From: Candidatus Acidiferrum sp.
GTDB lineage: Bacteria; Acidobacteriota; Terriglobia; Acidiferrales; UBA7541
DNA length: 64,000 bases
Assembly (NCBI GenBank): GCA_035576885.1
Contig: DATLVZ010000005.1
Coordinates: 13,927 to 77,926, forward strand
Direction of reading: 5' to 3'
Below the pieces are notes generated by a model. The model was not told where the DNA came from and did no database searches. It saw only the letters and a list, made by a program, of their open reading frames with translations. The position numbers and the translations under genes were made by a program. Below, piece after piece: positions 16,826 through 26,026 of the stretch. How positions within the stretch are numbered: position 1 is the first letter of the stretch; the number at the start of each line of letters is the position of its first letter.

Positions 16826-17665
16826 ATGGCGATGACAGAAACGAGCTTGAGGCTAGGAGAGAGTGCGGCGCTGGCGCGGCACATTCGTGTGCAGACGGCG
16901 CGAATGATTCATCGGGCGAAGAGTTCGCATCTTGGGTCATCGTACTCGATGGCGGATTTGTTGGCGGTGCTGTATGGACGAATATTGCGGATTGACCCGA
17001 AGCAGCCGGAAGCGGCGGAGCGGGACCGGTTCGTGTTGAGCAAGGGGCATGCGTGCGCGGCGTTGTATGCGGTGCTGGCGGAACGGGGTTTTTTTCCGAA
17101 GGAATGGCTGGAGGATTTTTACCAGGATGGGGCGCGGCTTGCGGGACATGCGACGCATTTAGGTGTGCCTGGCGTGGAGGTGTCCACGGGTTCGCTGGGA
17201 CATGGGCTGCCAATCGCGTGCGGGATGGCGCTGGCAGGAAAGAGAGATGGGTGTGGATATCGCGTGTTTGCCATGCTGAGTGACGGAGAGTGCGATGAAG
17301 GTTCGACATGGGAGGCCGCATTGTTTGCGGGGCATCACGGGCTGGATAACCTGATTGCGATCGTGGACTACAACAAGATTCAGAGCCTCGGGACGGTGAA
17401 CGAGGTGCTGAACCTGGAGCCGTTCGCGGAGAAGTGGCGGGCATTCGGGTGGGGAGTGCAAGAAATCGATGGGCATGACTTTGCGCGGATCGAGCAAACG
17501 CTGGCAAGTGTGCCTGTTGTGGCGAACAAACCGACCTGCGTGGTGGCGCATACGGTGAAGGGGAAAGGCGTGAGCTTCATGGAGAACAAAGTGCTTTGGC
17601 ACTACCGATCTCCAGACCGGGAGGAGATGAGCAAGGCGATGGTGGAGTTAGGAGCTGAAGAATGA
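16826..17665 (+). CDS. Transketolase, N-terminal (ThDP/PP-binding) subunit of a split enzyme
   Basis: SSHLGSSYSMADLLAVLY...SKGHACAALYAVLAERG...GSLGHGLPIACGMALA...LSDGECDEGSTWEAA...IVDYNKIQ. Confidence 0.85.
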   Translation: MAMTETSLRLGESAALARHIRVQTARMIHRAKSSHLGSSYSMADLLAVLYGRILRIDPKQPEAAERDRFVLSKGHACAALYAVLAERGFFPKEWLEDFYQDGARLAGHATHLGVPGVEVSTGSLGHGLPIACGMALAGKRDGCGYRVFAMLSDGECDEGSTWEAALFAGHHGLDNLIAIVDYNKIQSLGTVNEVLNLEPFAEKWRAFGWGVQEIDGHDFARIEQTLASVPVVANKPTCVVAHTVKGKGVSFMENKVLWHYRSPDREEMSKAMVELGAEE

Positions 17666-18615
17666 GGGGAGCTTTCTTTAGCGCACTGCTCGAATTGGCC
17701 GAGAAGGATGAACGTGTAAATCTTGTTGTGGGAGATCTAGGATTCGGAGTGGTCGAAGAATTCGCGCTGCGGTTCCCGAAGAGATTTCTGAACGCGGGAG
17801 TGGCCGAGCAGAACATGACCGGAATCGCGGCAGGTATGGCGTTGAGTGGGAAGATTGTATTTACGTATTCGATTGCCAACTTTCCGATTCTGAGGTGCCT
17901 GGAGCAGGTGCGCAATGACGTTTGCTACCACAACGCAAACGTAAAAATCGTAGCGGTCGGGGGCGGGCTGGCATACGGGGCGCTGGGCGCGACGCATCAT
18001 GCGACGGAAGATCTAGCAATCCTGCGGTCGCTGCCCCAAATGGTGGTGGTAGCGCCCGGCGATCCCCTGGAAGCAGAGGCCGCTACGAGAGCGGTGGCGG
18101 CTCATGCGGGTCCATGCTATCTGCGGTTGGGACGGGCGGGAGAGGCAAAAGTTCACCGGACACAGATCGACTTCGTTTTGGGAAAAGCGATTGAGATGCA
18201 CGAGGGCAGGGAGGCGACACTAATCTCTACGGGAGGAATGTTGGGAACCGCGATGCAGGTCGCGGACTTGTTGAGCGATGCGGGTGTGCATACACGTTTA
18301 CTGAGCATGCATACGGTGAGACCCCTTGACACGGAAGCTATCGAAAGTGCGGTGCGCGAAACTGGGGCTGTTTTCACACTTGAAGAGCACAGTGTAGTGG
18401 GCGGTTTGGGCGGGGCGGTTGCGGAGTTTTTGGCAGAGAACTGGGAGGCGCCGGTGGTATTCAAAAGGTTTGGGCTGCCATCGGAATTCTCTTGTTTCTT
18501 GGGATCACAAGAATACATGCGAGCGCGCCATGGCCTATCTGCTGAAGCAATAGCCTTGGGCATCCGCGCAAAGATGGAGAAAGCGCAGTCACTTACGGCG
18601 GTGGCCAAAGTTTGA
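17662..18615 (+). CDS. Transketolase, C-terminal (pyrimidine-binding plus C-terminal domain) subunit
   Basis: FLNAGVAEQNMTGIAAGMALSGK...GATHHATEDLAILRSLPQMVVVAPGDP. ATGA overlap with the N-terminal subunit gene. Confidence 0.85.
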   Translation: MRGAFFSALLELAEKDERVNLVVGDLGFGVVEEFALRFPKRFLNAGVAEQNMTGIAAGMALSGKIVFTYSIANFPILRCLEQVRNDVCYHNANVKIVAVGGGLAYGALGATHHATEDLAILRSLPQMVVVAPGDPLEAEAATRAVAAHAGPCYLRLGRAGEAKVHRTQIDFVLGKAIEMHEGREATLISTGGMLGTAMQVADLLSDAGVHTRLLSMHTVRPLDTEAIESAVRETGAVFTLEEHSVVGGLGGAVAEFLAENWEAPVVFKRFGLPSEFSCFLGSQEYMRARHGLSAEAIALGIRAKMEKAQSLTAVAKV

Positions 18616-18672
18616 TCCTCGGCAGAGTCCGAGTAATTCTTGTTTCAGAACACCGAGTTGGAGGATAAAGAC

Positions 18673-19812
18673 TTGCCATACCGTGTGCCGTTCATCGATC
18701 CCAGAGAACACTACCGCAGAATCAAAACAGAGATTGATTTCGCGATCACCGACACGCTGTTGAAAGGGGACTTGGTTCTCCGACAGCAATTGCGGGAGTT
18801 CGAGCAGCACCTGGCGGACTTCGTGGGTGTCAAGTACGCGGTGGGAGTAAACAGTTGTTATCACGCATTACATTTTTCACTCCTGGCTGCAGGTGTCGGT
18901 CCCGGGGACGAAGTCATTACCGTTGGGCACACCTTCGTGGCCACGGTGTCCGCAATCGTCCACACCGGCGCCAAACCAGTCCTCGTTGATGTCCGGGAAG
19001 ACTACAACCTCGCCCCTGACAGGTTCGAGTCCGCGGTCACGCCGAGGACGAAAGCGGTTATTCCAGTCCATCTGAATGGACGCGTGTGTGAGATGAATCG
19101 AATCGCGGCTATTGCGGACAGCCGGGGAATTGCCATCATCGAGGACGCGGCACAAGCTTTGGGAGCTACCTTCAAAGGGAAGCGGGCTGGCTCGTTTGGA
19201 ATGTCTGGCTGTTTCAGTTTCTATCCATTTAAGTCCTTGGGAGGGCTGGGAGACGGCGGGGCAGTCACCACGAACGATCCCAAAATCGCGCGATTTGCGA
19301 CCCTTGTTCGATTCAACGGTGAAGATCGGCAAACTGGTGAGTTCCATCACCACGGTTACACCGCGCTGCTGGACAACGTTCAGGCTGCCGTTCTGGATGT
19401 GAAATTGCGTTACTTGCCTAAATGGATCGAGCATCGCCGAAAAATCGCGGGTTTGTATCGCGAAGGACTCAAGGGGACCAAAGGTCTTCGCTTGCCACAT
19501 TTCGTCGGTGATGAGTACTTCGATAGCTACCAAAACTACGTGATTCGAACCGAGCAGCGCAATGGGCTGCGCCAGTACCTGAAAGATCAAGGGGTGGAAA
19601 CGCTTGTGCATTGGCCAAAGCCAATGTGGGAGCACTCGGACCTTGGTCTCGCGAATCCGGGACTCCCTGAGACGGAAAGCATCTGCCGCGAAGTCATTTC
19701 TCTGCCCATGAGCGCAGAAACAACTCCCGAGCACGTGGAGATTACCGTCGGTTGCATTCGTGACTTCTTTGCTTCAAATCGCGCGACCTTGAGAACCGTT
19801 TCTGCAGACTAA
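18673..19812 (+). CDS. DegT/DnrJ/EryC1/StrS-family PLP-dependent sugar aminotransferase
   Basis: FEQHLADFVGVKYAVGVNSCYHALH...DAAQALGA...SFYPFKSLG (PLP-Lys region). GGAGGA (18660-18665) lies 7 nt before TTG 18673. The track ORF starts at 18640. Confidence 0.8.
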   Translation: MPYRVPFIDPREHYRRIKTEIDFAITDTLLKGDLVLRQQLREFEQHLADFVGVKYAVGVNSCYHALHFSLLAAGVGPGDEVITVGHTFVATVSAIVHTGAKPVLVDVREDYNLAPDRFESAVTPRTKAVIPVHLNGRVCEMNRIAAIADSRGIAIIEDAAQALGATFKGKRAGSFGMSGCFSFYPFKSLGGLGDGGAVTTNDPKIARFATLVRFNGEDRQTGEFHHHGYTALLDNVQAAVLDVKLRYLPKWIEHRRKIAGLYREGLKGTKGLRLPHFVGDEYFDSYQNYVIRTEQRNGLRQYLKDQGVETLVHWPKPMWEHSDLGLANPGLPETESICREVISLPMSAETTPEHVEITVGCIRDFFASNRATLRTVSAD

Positions 19813-20071
19813 CGAGGAAGATCATGACGCGCTTTCTGAGCAAGTGAAGCGCACGAATCGAGCAGGTAGAGGCTGCGAGCAGTTTTCTGCAAACGGGGGC
19901 AGCCCGGCTAGCACGCCTTTCTCTGAAGCGGGAATTCAGAATTGCGTTTGCACTCCCCAAACAGCATAGAGGGCCAAGTTTAAGAGTTCTTACCAACACT
20001 CTCTCCCCGTGAGAGTGCTGCGTGCGCACATGGATGTTCCGTTCGGTCAGGGTGTGCAAGCCGCAAAACCT

Positions 20072-21973
20072 ATGACTAGCCAAATGCCATCGTTACTTCT
20101 ACGATACAGGTTGTGGTTCATCGCCGTGTTCCAGGGCTGCCTTATCGTTTGCTCCTTGATTGTTGCCTGGTTACTCCGTTTTGATTTTACTTTGCCATAC
20201 CGCGGGGTCCTGCTCACCTCGATCCCTATACTCCTCCTCACCCGGCTCGCGGCTGTGGCTTACTTTGGATTGCTCCGCGGCTGGTGGAAATACACAGGAA
20301 TCAAAGACGGAATCGACATCCTGAAAGCCGTGGCGACGGGCTCACTGCTTTTTCTGATTTTAATGCGCTTCGTGCTCCGGACGACTGCCTTTCCACGCAC
20401 CATCTATCTGCTGGAGGCGATCTGCACGGCCGGTTTGCTGGTGGGTGTGCGGCTGCTTTCTCGTATGTTTGCTGATTCGGTGCGTGAGAACAGTGCTCTT
20501 TGCAAGAAAGTGGTCCTAATTGGGGCGGGCGCGGCCGCGCAGACAATCCTTCGCGAACTTCGGAGACCGAGTAGTGGCTATGTTGCGGTCGGCTGCCTGG
20601 ACGACGACCAATCCAAGCTAGGCATCTGGATGGACAATGTTCGAGTGCTCGGAACAGTGGATCAACTACCCGAAGTTCTCGCTTCTGAACCGGCGGACGA
20701 AGTGCTGATTACTGTACCGTCTGCCACCGGCACCCAGATGCGCAGATTTGTCGATATCTGCAACAGTGCGAAAATGAGTTTCCGGACAGTCCCGGCATTG
20801 AAAGACATCATCGCAGGCCAGCTTGCAGTAAGCCAGCTTCGAGAGGTTAGTCTCGAAGATCTACTCGGACGCGAACCGGTGCAAATCGACCTCGAAGCAG
20901 TGCGCCGAGAGATTACGCGACGGACCGTGGTGGTGACCGGAGCGGCTGGCTCGATCGGGTCTGAGCTCTGTCGCCAGATTCTGGATTACAGCCCTGCACA
21001 CCTGGTCTGCCTCGATCAAAACGAGACGGGCCTCTTTTTTCTTCGCTTGGACCTGATGCAGCACAAGAATGGCAGTCAACTGGCATTTCGCGTAGTGGAT
21101 GTTTGCGACACAGATCGCATACGTTCCCTGCTTTCCGAATTCAAGCCGGAGATCATTTTCCATGCGGCGGCTTACAAGCACGTGCCCATGATGGAGTCCA
21201 ATGTTCAGGAGGCAGTCAAGAACAACGTACTCGCGCTCAAGGGTTTGCTCGATCTGGCGGCCGAGGCGGGCTGCAAGAGTTTCGTGTTGATTTCCTCGGA
21301 CAAGGCTGTGAATCCAACCAATGTGATGGGTGCCACTAAGCGAATCTGCGAGCTGATCATCTCGTCGCGACCAGTGAATGGCATGCGTTGCGTATCGGTA
21401 CGGTTTGGGAATGTATTGGGTTCCAGCGGCAGTGTGATTCCAGTGTTGAAGCAACAGCTTGGGAACCATCAGCCGCTGACCATTACACACCCAGAGATTC
21501 GACGGTTTTTCATGATCACCCCAGAAGCCGTGGCTCTGGTGTTGCAAGCCTTCGCCATTGGCCACCATGGAGACATCCTAGTGTTGGATATGGGTGAGCC
21601 AGTAAGAATTCTCGACTTGGCGCGTACACTGATCCGACTCTCTGGCAAAACAGAACACGATGTGGAAATCCAGTTTACTGGCCTGCGAGAGGGAGAAAAG
21701 CTTAGCGAGGAACTTTTCTATGGGCACGAAAAGGTAATTCCAACGACTTGCGAAAAGATTAAGCGCACTAACGGAGCTTTGAGGAACTGGGCGGAGTTGT
21801 GCCGTCTGCTGGACGAGCTTCGTGCCTCCATGTCGATCGACGGTGCTGCCCCCGTCCGCGCCAAGATTAAGGAAATCGTTCCCGAATATTCCTTTGAGGC
21901 AAGCAACTCTAGACAGAATGGCGATGAATCGCTTCCGGGCAGACGCTTCCGAGCGGTCTCAGGTAACGATTAG
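20072..21973 (+). CDS. Membrane-anchored NDP-sugar 4,6-dehydratase, CapD/PglF/WbpM family
   Basis: N-terminal TM segments, then VVVTGAAGSIGSELCRQIL...FHAAAYKHVPMME...SSDKAVNPTNVMGATKR. Confidence 0.85.
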   Translation: MTSQMPSLLLRYRLWFIAVFQGCLIVCSLIVAWLLRFDFTLPYRGVLLTSIPILLLTRLAAVAYFGLLRGWWKYTGIKDGIDILKAVATGSLLFLILMRFVLRTTAFPRTIYLLEAICTAGLLVGVRLLSRMFADSVRENSALCKKVVLIGAGAAAQTILRELRRPSSGYVAVGCLDDDQSKLGIWMDNVRVLGTVDQLPEVLASEPADEVLITVPSATGTQMRRFVDICNSAKMSFRTVPALKDIIAGQLAVSQLREVSLEDLLGREPVQIDLEAVRREITRRTVVVTGAAGSIGSELCRQILDYSPAHLVCLDQNETGLFFLRLDLMQHKNGSQLAFRVVDVCDTDRIRSLLSEFKPEIIFHAAAYKHVPMMESNVQEAVKNNVLALKGLLDLAAEAGCKSFVLISSDKAVNPTNVMGATKRICELIISSRPVNGMRCVSVRFGNVLGSSGSVIPVLKQQLGNHQPLTITHPEIRRFFMITPEAVALVLQAFAIGHHGDILVLDMGEPVRILDLARTLIRLSGKTEHDVEIQFTGLREGEKLSEELFYGHEKVIPTTCEKIKRTNGALRNWAELCRLLDELRASMSIDGAAPVRAKIKEIVPEYSFEASNSRQNGDESLPGRRFRAVSGND

Positions 21974-22163
21974 CCAGTTGCTTCGTTTCCGTCACCGCAG
22001 GTTCGCGAGGTGTTTCGTCTGATCTACTCCACTCCACACGCCGTATCCAGAGTTCGGCGGTCCATCGCTTCGCGGTATTTTCCGTATGTGAAGTGAATCG
22101 AGATGAGTTGAGTTAACGCATGCAACAGTCTAACTCTGAGAAGTTCGAGTTCAGGAGATCCAA

Positions 22164-22922
22164 ATGAAAGGTATTGTGCTTGCGGGTGGGACAGGGAGCA
22201 GGTTGAGTCCACTCACGCGCGTGACCAATAAACATCTGCTGCCAATCTACGACAAGCCAATGATCTATTACCCGCTACAAACCCTGGTTGAAGCCGGCAT
22301 CCAGGACATCCTGATCGTGACTGGGGGCAACAACGCGGGAGACTTTCTGCGGCTGTTGCGCAACGGGAAAGACTTCGGTCTGAAGCAACTCAGCTTTGCC
22401 TATCAGGAGGGTGAGGGTGGCATTGCGGATGCGTTGCGGATGGCGGAACACTTTGCGGCGGGCGAGAAAATCTGCGTAATCCTGGGCGACAACATCCTAG
22501 AGAGCAGCGTGTGCGAGGCAAGAGAAAAATTTGAACGGCAACAGGACGGTGCATTGATCCTGTTAAAGGTAGTGCCAGACCCGGAGAGGTTCGGTGTGCC
22601 GGTGTTCGAGGGCAAGCGAATTGTGCGGATCGAGGAAAAGCCAAGAATGCCCGGCTCGCCGTACGCAGTGATCGGCGTGTACTTTTACGACGAAACGGTG
22701 TTCGAGCGAGTGCGGATGCTGAAGCCTTCGGGGCGAGGCGAGTTTGAAATTACGGACGTGAATAATTCGTATCTTCACGAAGGAAAGCTCAGCCACGAAG
22801 TCATCGAGGGCGGCTGGACGGACGCTGGAACGTTTGAGTCGCTCTGGCGGGCAGCGAAGATGGTGCGCGAGAAGGTGTTGATCGCCGAGGAGGTGAAACT
22901 GTCTGCGGCGTCGGTGAGGTAG
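22164..22922 (+). CDS. rfbA: Sugar-1-phosphate nucleotidyltransferase, short-form glucose-1-phosphate thymidylyltransferase
   Basis: MKGIVLAGGTGSRLSPLTRVTNKHLLPIYDKPMIYYPL. 252 aa. Followed by rfbBCD. Confidence 0.7.
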   Translation: MKGIVLAGGTGSRLSPLTRVTNKHLLPIYDKPMIYYPLQTLVEAGIQDILIVTGGNNAGDFLRLLRNGKDFGLKQLSFAYQEGEGGIADALRMAEHFAAGEKICVILGDNILESSVCEAREKFERQQDGALILLKVVPDPERFGVPVFEGKRIVRIEEKPRMPGSPYAVIGVYFYDETVFERVRMLKPSGRGEFEITDVNNSYLHEGKLSHEVIEGGWTDAGTFESLWRAAKMVREKVLIAEEVKLSAASVR

Positions 22923-23165
22923 ACGAAGAAGAGTGTTAGACCTACGCTCCAGCCGGGAGTGAATTCCTAATTCATTTGCGGGAGCTAAGCAACGACTTTT
23001 TATACAGTTACTGATCAACGATCCGCGGATGGAAGTCGTGTCTGAGTATCTGAACAAAATACACGCGAGACATCTGGCGGACAAACATGTGCTGGTGGCC
23101 AAGACAACGGCGAACATGATGACAGACACAAAGGAAACGGTCGTGGGTACTACTAAGGAGCCAGC

Positions 23166-24221
23166 ATGATGAAGATTCTTGTCACCGGTGGTGCGGGATT
23201 CATTGGTTCGAACTTTATCCGCTACATTCTTGGAGTGGAGAAGCGCTACAGCGTGGTTAATTATGACAAGCTGACGTATGCAGGAAACCTGGCAAATCTC
23301 GAAGAGGTTGCGAACGACCCCAACTACACGTTCGTGAAAGGCGACATCTGCGATACGCCCCTTCTCGAGTCCGCCATGCGCGGGTGTGATGCGGTTGTTC
23401 ATTTTGCAGCCGAGTCCCATGTCGACCGAAGCATCTATGAGCCGTCGCCTGTAATTCATACAAATATCACCGGTACTTTTATGCTTTTGGAGGTGGCGCG
23501 TAAGCTTTCCATACCTCGCTTCGTGCATATCTCTACGGACGAAGTCTACGGCGACATTCCTCCCGATATGTTCGCCGATGAAAATTCTCATTTGCAGCCT
23601 AGCAGCCCGTATTCAGCGTCCAAAGCGGGCGCCGATCTCTTAGTTCGCTCCTACGTGCGCACTTACAAGTTTCCCGCAGTGATCACTCGGTCTTCGAACA
23701 ACTACGGCCCGTACCAGTTTCCCGAGAAGTTTGTGCCGCTTATGATCACAAACGCCCTCGGCGACAAGGCCCTTCCTGTGTATGGCGATGGCAAGCAGCA
23801 ACGCGATTGGCTGCACGTTGAGGATAACTGCCGAGGAATACTTGGTGTTCTCGAGAGAGGCAAAATTGGAGAGGTCTACAATATTGGGGGACTGGATCTT
23901 GAGGAAAATCTAACGATGGTTAGGCGCATCCTAAAACTCATCGGGAAATCCGAGAGTCTGTTGAGTTATGTTCAGGATCGCCCGGGCCATGACCGTCGTT
24001 ACGCGCTGAACTGTGAGAAAATAAAAGATGAGTTAGGCTGGAAACCGGTCATCTCTCTGGAAGATGGCCTGCGTCGGACAATAGACTGGTACAAGAATGC
24101 TGATGAGTGGCTCGCCGGTGTTCGCTGTGGCGATTATCTCTCCTACTTTGAAAAATATTATGTTAATCGGGAGCGGTCTCTCCATGCCATTGCCAGCGCC
24201 GGGCCTATAGCTTCTGATTGA
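23166..24221 (+). CDS. rfbB: dTDP-glucose 4,6-dehydratase
   Basis: KILVTGGAGFIGSNF...HFAAESHVDRS...YSASKAGADLL...DRPGHDRRYAL. Confidence 0.9.
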   Translation: MMKILVTGGAGFIGSNFIRYILGVEKRYSVVNYDKLTYAGNLANLEEVANDPNYTFVKGDICDTPLLESAMRGCDAVVHFAAESHVDRSIYEPSPVIHTNITGTFMLLEVARKLSIPRFVHISTDEVYGDIPPDMFADENSHLQPSSPYSASKAGADLLVRSYVRTYKFPAVITRSSNNYGPYQFPEKFVPLMITNALGDKALPVYGDGKQQRDWLHVEDNCRGILGVLERGKIGEVYNIGGLDLEENLTMVRRILKLIGKSESLLSYVQDRPGHDRRYALNCEKIKDELGWKPVISLEDGLRRTIDWYKNADEWLAGVRCGDYLSYFEKYYVNRERSLHAIASAGPIASD

Positions 24222-24280
24222 ACATTGCAATGGCTTAGGTTCACCCTTACATGAGGACGTGTGAGCGAGCATCGGAGTTA

Positions 24281-24841
24281 ATGCACAGAATCGAGACATC
24301 CCTTCCAGGCGTGGTTGAGCTGCGGCCGGTTGTTCATCGCGACCCCCGCGGCTTCTTCATCGAAACCTACCACAAGGGGAAGTTGGCCGACCTCGGCATC
24401 ACGGATACCTTCCTCCAAGACAACCACTCCCGCTCTATCAAAGATACGCTACGCGGACTTCACTATCAGCTGCACCAGCCGCAGGCGAAGCTCTGCCGCG
24501 TGGTAGAGGGAGAAGCACTGGATGTCGCTGTGGACATACGCCTCGGGTCACCGCACTTCGGAAGGTGGACAAGCGTACTACTGTCTGCGGAACTACAAAA
24601 TCAGATTTATGTTCCGATTGGCTTCGCACATGGTTTCCTAGCGCTCACTGACACGGTTCAATTCCTATACAAGTGCAGCGAATTCTACAATCCAAGAGAT
24701 GAGCAAGGGCTTGCCTGGAATGATCCCGATCTAAATATAAGATGGGGCGCAAGCGCGCCAATCGTATCTGCGAAAGATGCACACTACCCTCCGCTTTCTC
24801 AAGTTCCTCGCGAATCCCTGCCGAAGTATGGGGCGCAATGA
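24281..24841 (+). CDS. rfbC: dTDP-4-dehydrorhamnose 3,5-epimerase
   Basis: DPRGFFIETY...QDNHSRS...LRGLHYQ...KLCRVVEGEALDVAVDIR. ATG 24281 is preferred over 24251. Confidence 0.9.
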   Translation: MHRIETSLPGVVELRPVVHRDPRGFFIETYHKGKLADLGITDTFLQDNHSRSIKDTLRGLHYQLHQPQAKLCRVVEGEALDVAVDIRLGSPHFGRWTSVLLSAELQNQIYVPIGFAHGFLALTDTVQFLYKCSEFYNPRDEQGLAWNDPDLNIRWGASAPIVSAKDAHYPPLSQVPRESLPKYGAQ

Positions 24842-25809
24842 AGCCCGTCATCTTGTTGACTGGGAAGAACGGCCAAGTTGGCGGGGAACTTTTGCGGATC
24901 TTGCCCCAATTGGGTGAGGTGGCCGCGTTCGGCCGTGACCAGATGGATCTTTCGAAACCTGCCGATATCCGCCGAACAATCCGAGAGGTTCGACCTCAAC
25001 TTATCGTCAATGCGGCCGCGTATACGGGGGTAGACCAAGCAGAAACAGACGAAACGATGGCACACGCCATCAACGCGGAAGCCCCCGAATTGATCGCCGT
25101 GGAGGCCAAGAAAATCGGTGCAACCCTGTTGCATTGTTCAACCGACTACGTATTCGACGGAAACAAGAGAGCACCTTACGATGAAGCCGATTCCGTAAAT
25201 CCGCTCAACGTTTATGGGAAGACAAAATTGGCCGGTGAGCAGGCGATTGGTGGTTCGGGTGTGCCTCACCTGATTTTTCGCACGGCGTGGGTCTATGCCA
25301 CTCGGGGCCGCAATTTCCTACTGACGGTCTTGCGGCTTGCAACGGAACGAGAAGAGTTAAGAATTGTCAGTGATCAAGTTGGAGCGCCAACTTGCGCCGC
25401 GGACTTTGCGACCGCGACGTGCAAGATTCTGGCAGGGATAAATGAGCGTAATCGCGAGCAGTTTGATTTTTCTGAGGTTAGCGGAACGTACCACGTGAGC
25501 GCGGCAGGTCAAACGACGTGGTATGACTTCGCAATGGCTATCCTGGAGGAAGCAAAGGCCTCCTCGGACGATCCAAAATGGCTTTCCGACGCCACTAAGG
25601 GACGGCAAGTGATGGCGCGGCGTGTGATCCCTATCTCCACTGAGGAGTTTCAATCTCCCACGCACCGTCCGTCCTATTCAGTTCTCTCGAACTCCAAGTT
25701 AGCTCAGACGTTTGGTGTGGCACTGCCCGAGTGGCGTTCTCAACTGCGACGCTGCTTCGTTTCCGCAAATCCCGCAGTTAACAGCGCTTCCAGCTGCGGC
25801 GCAGCATAG
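24838..25809 (+). CDS. rfbD: dTDP-4-dehydrorhamnose reductase
   Basis: MKPVILLTGKNGQVGGEL...NAAAYTGVDQAE...STDYVFDG...YGKTKLAGE. ATGA overlap with rfbC. Confidence 0.9.
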   Translation: MKPVILLTGKNGQVGGELLRILPQLGEVAAFGRDQMDLSKPADIRRTIREVRPQLIVNAAAYTGVDQAETDETMAHAINAEAPELIAVEAKKIGATLLHCSTDYVFDGNKRAPYDEADSVNPLNVYGKTKLAGEQAIGGSGVPHLIFRTAWVYATRGRNFLLTVLRLATEREELRIVSDQVGAPTCAADFATATCKILAGINERNREQFDFSEVSGTYHVSAAGQTTWYDFAMAILEEAKASSDDPKWLSDATKGRQVMARRVIPISTEEFQSPTHRPSYSVLSNSKLAQTFGVALPEWRSQLRRCFVSANPAVNSASSCGAA

Positions 25810-26026
25810 AGCGGACTGTGGCTTCCTTCTTCTCGAAGTCCATACCTTCCTTGCCGAACCTCCAGTAGTTCAAGCAGGCTCCGGTGGATGTCCATTACTC
25901 CCCCAGCGATTCTGTGTGCTCGCCTGATCATACCCATCTGCCTTCTTGGTCTCCTCCGAGTTGTGAATTCCCCCGCCGTGCATCCGAAAGGGATGGAAAG
26001 GTTTCACATTTCCTTTCAACGGTGGT

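Noticed and set aside
16557-17507. 316-aa minus-strand ORF (Pro/Ala/Ser/Thr-rich) antisense to the TylF-methyltransferase and transketolase genes.
   Set aside because: This is the same compositional artefact. The sense-strand products carry unambiguous ThDP-enzyme motifs.
23029-23169. 46-codon ORF (MEVVSEYLNKIHARHLADKH…) ending in an ATGATGA overlap with the rfbB start; considered as a leader peptide or small protein.
   Set aside because: There is no Shine-Dalgarno sequence before its ATG, no recognisable family, and it is below any reliable size threshold. It cannot be supported from sequence alone.
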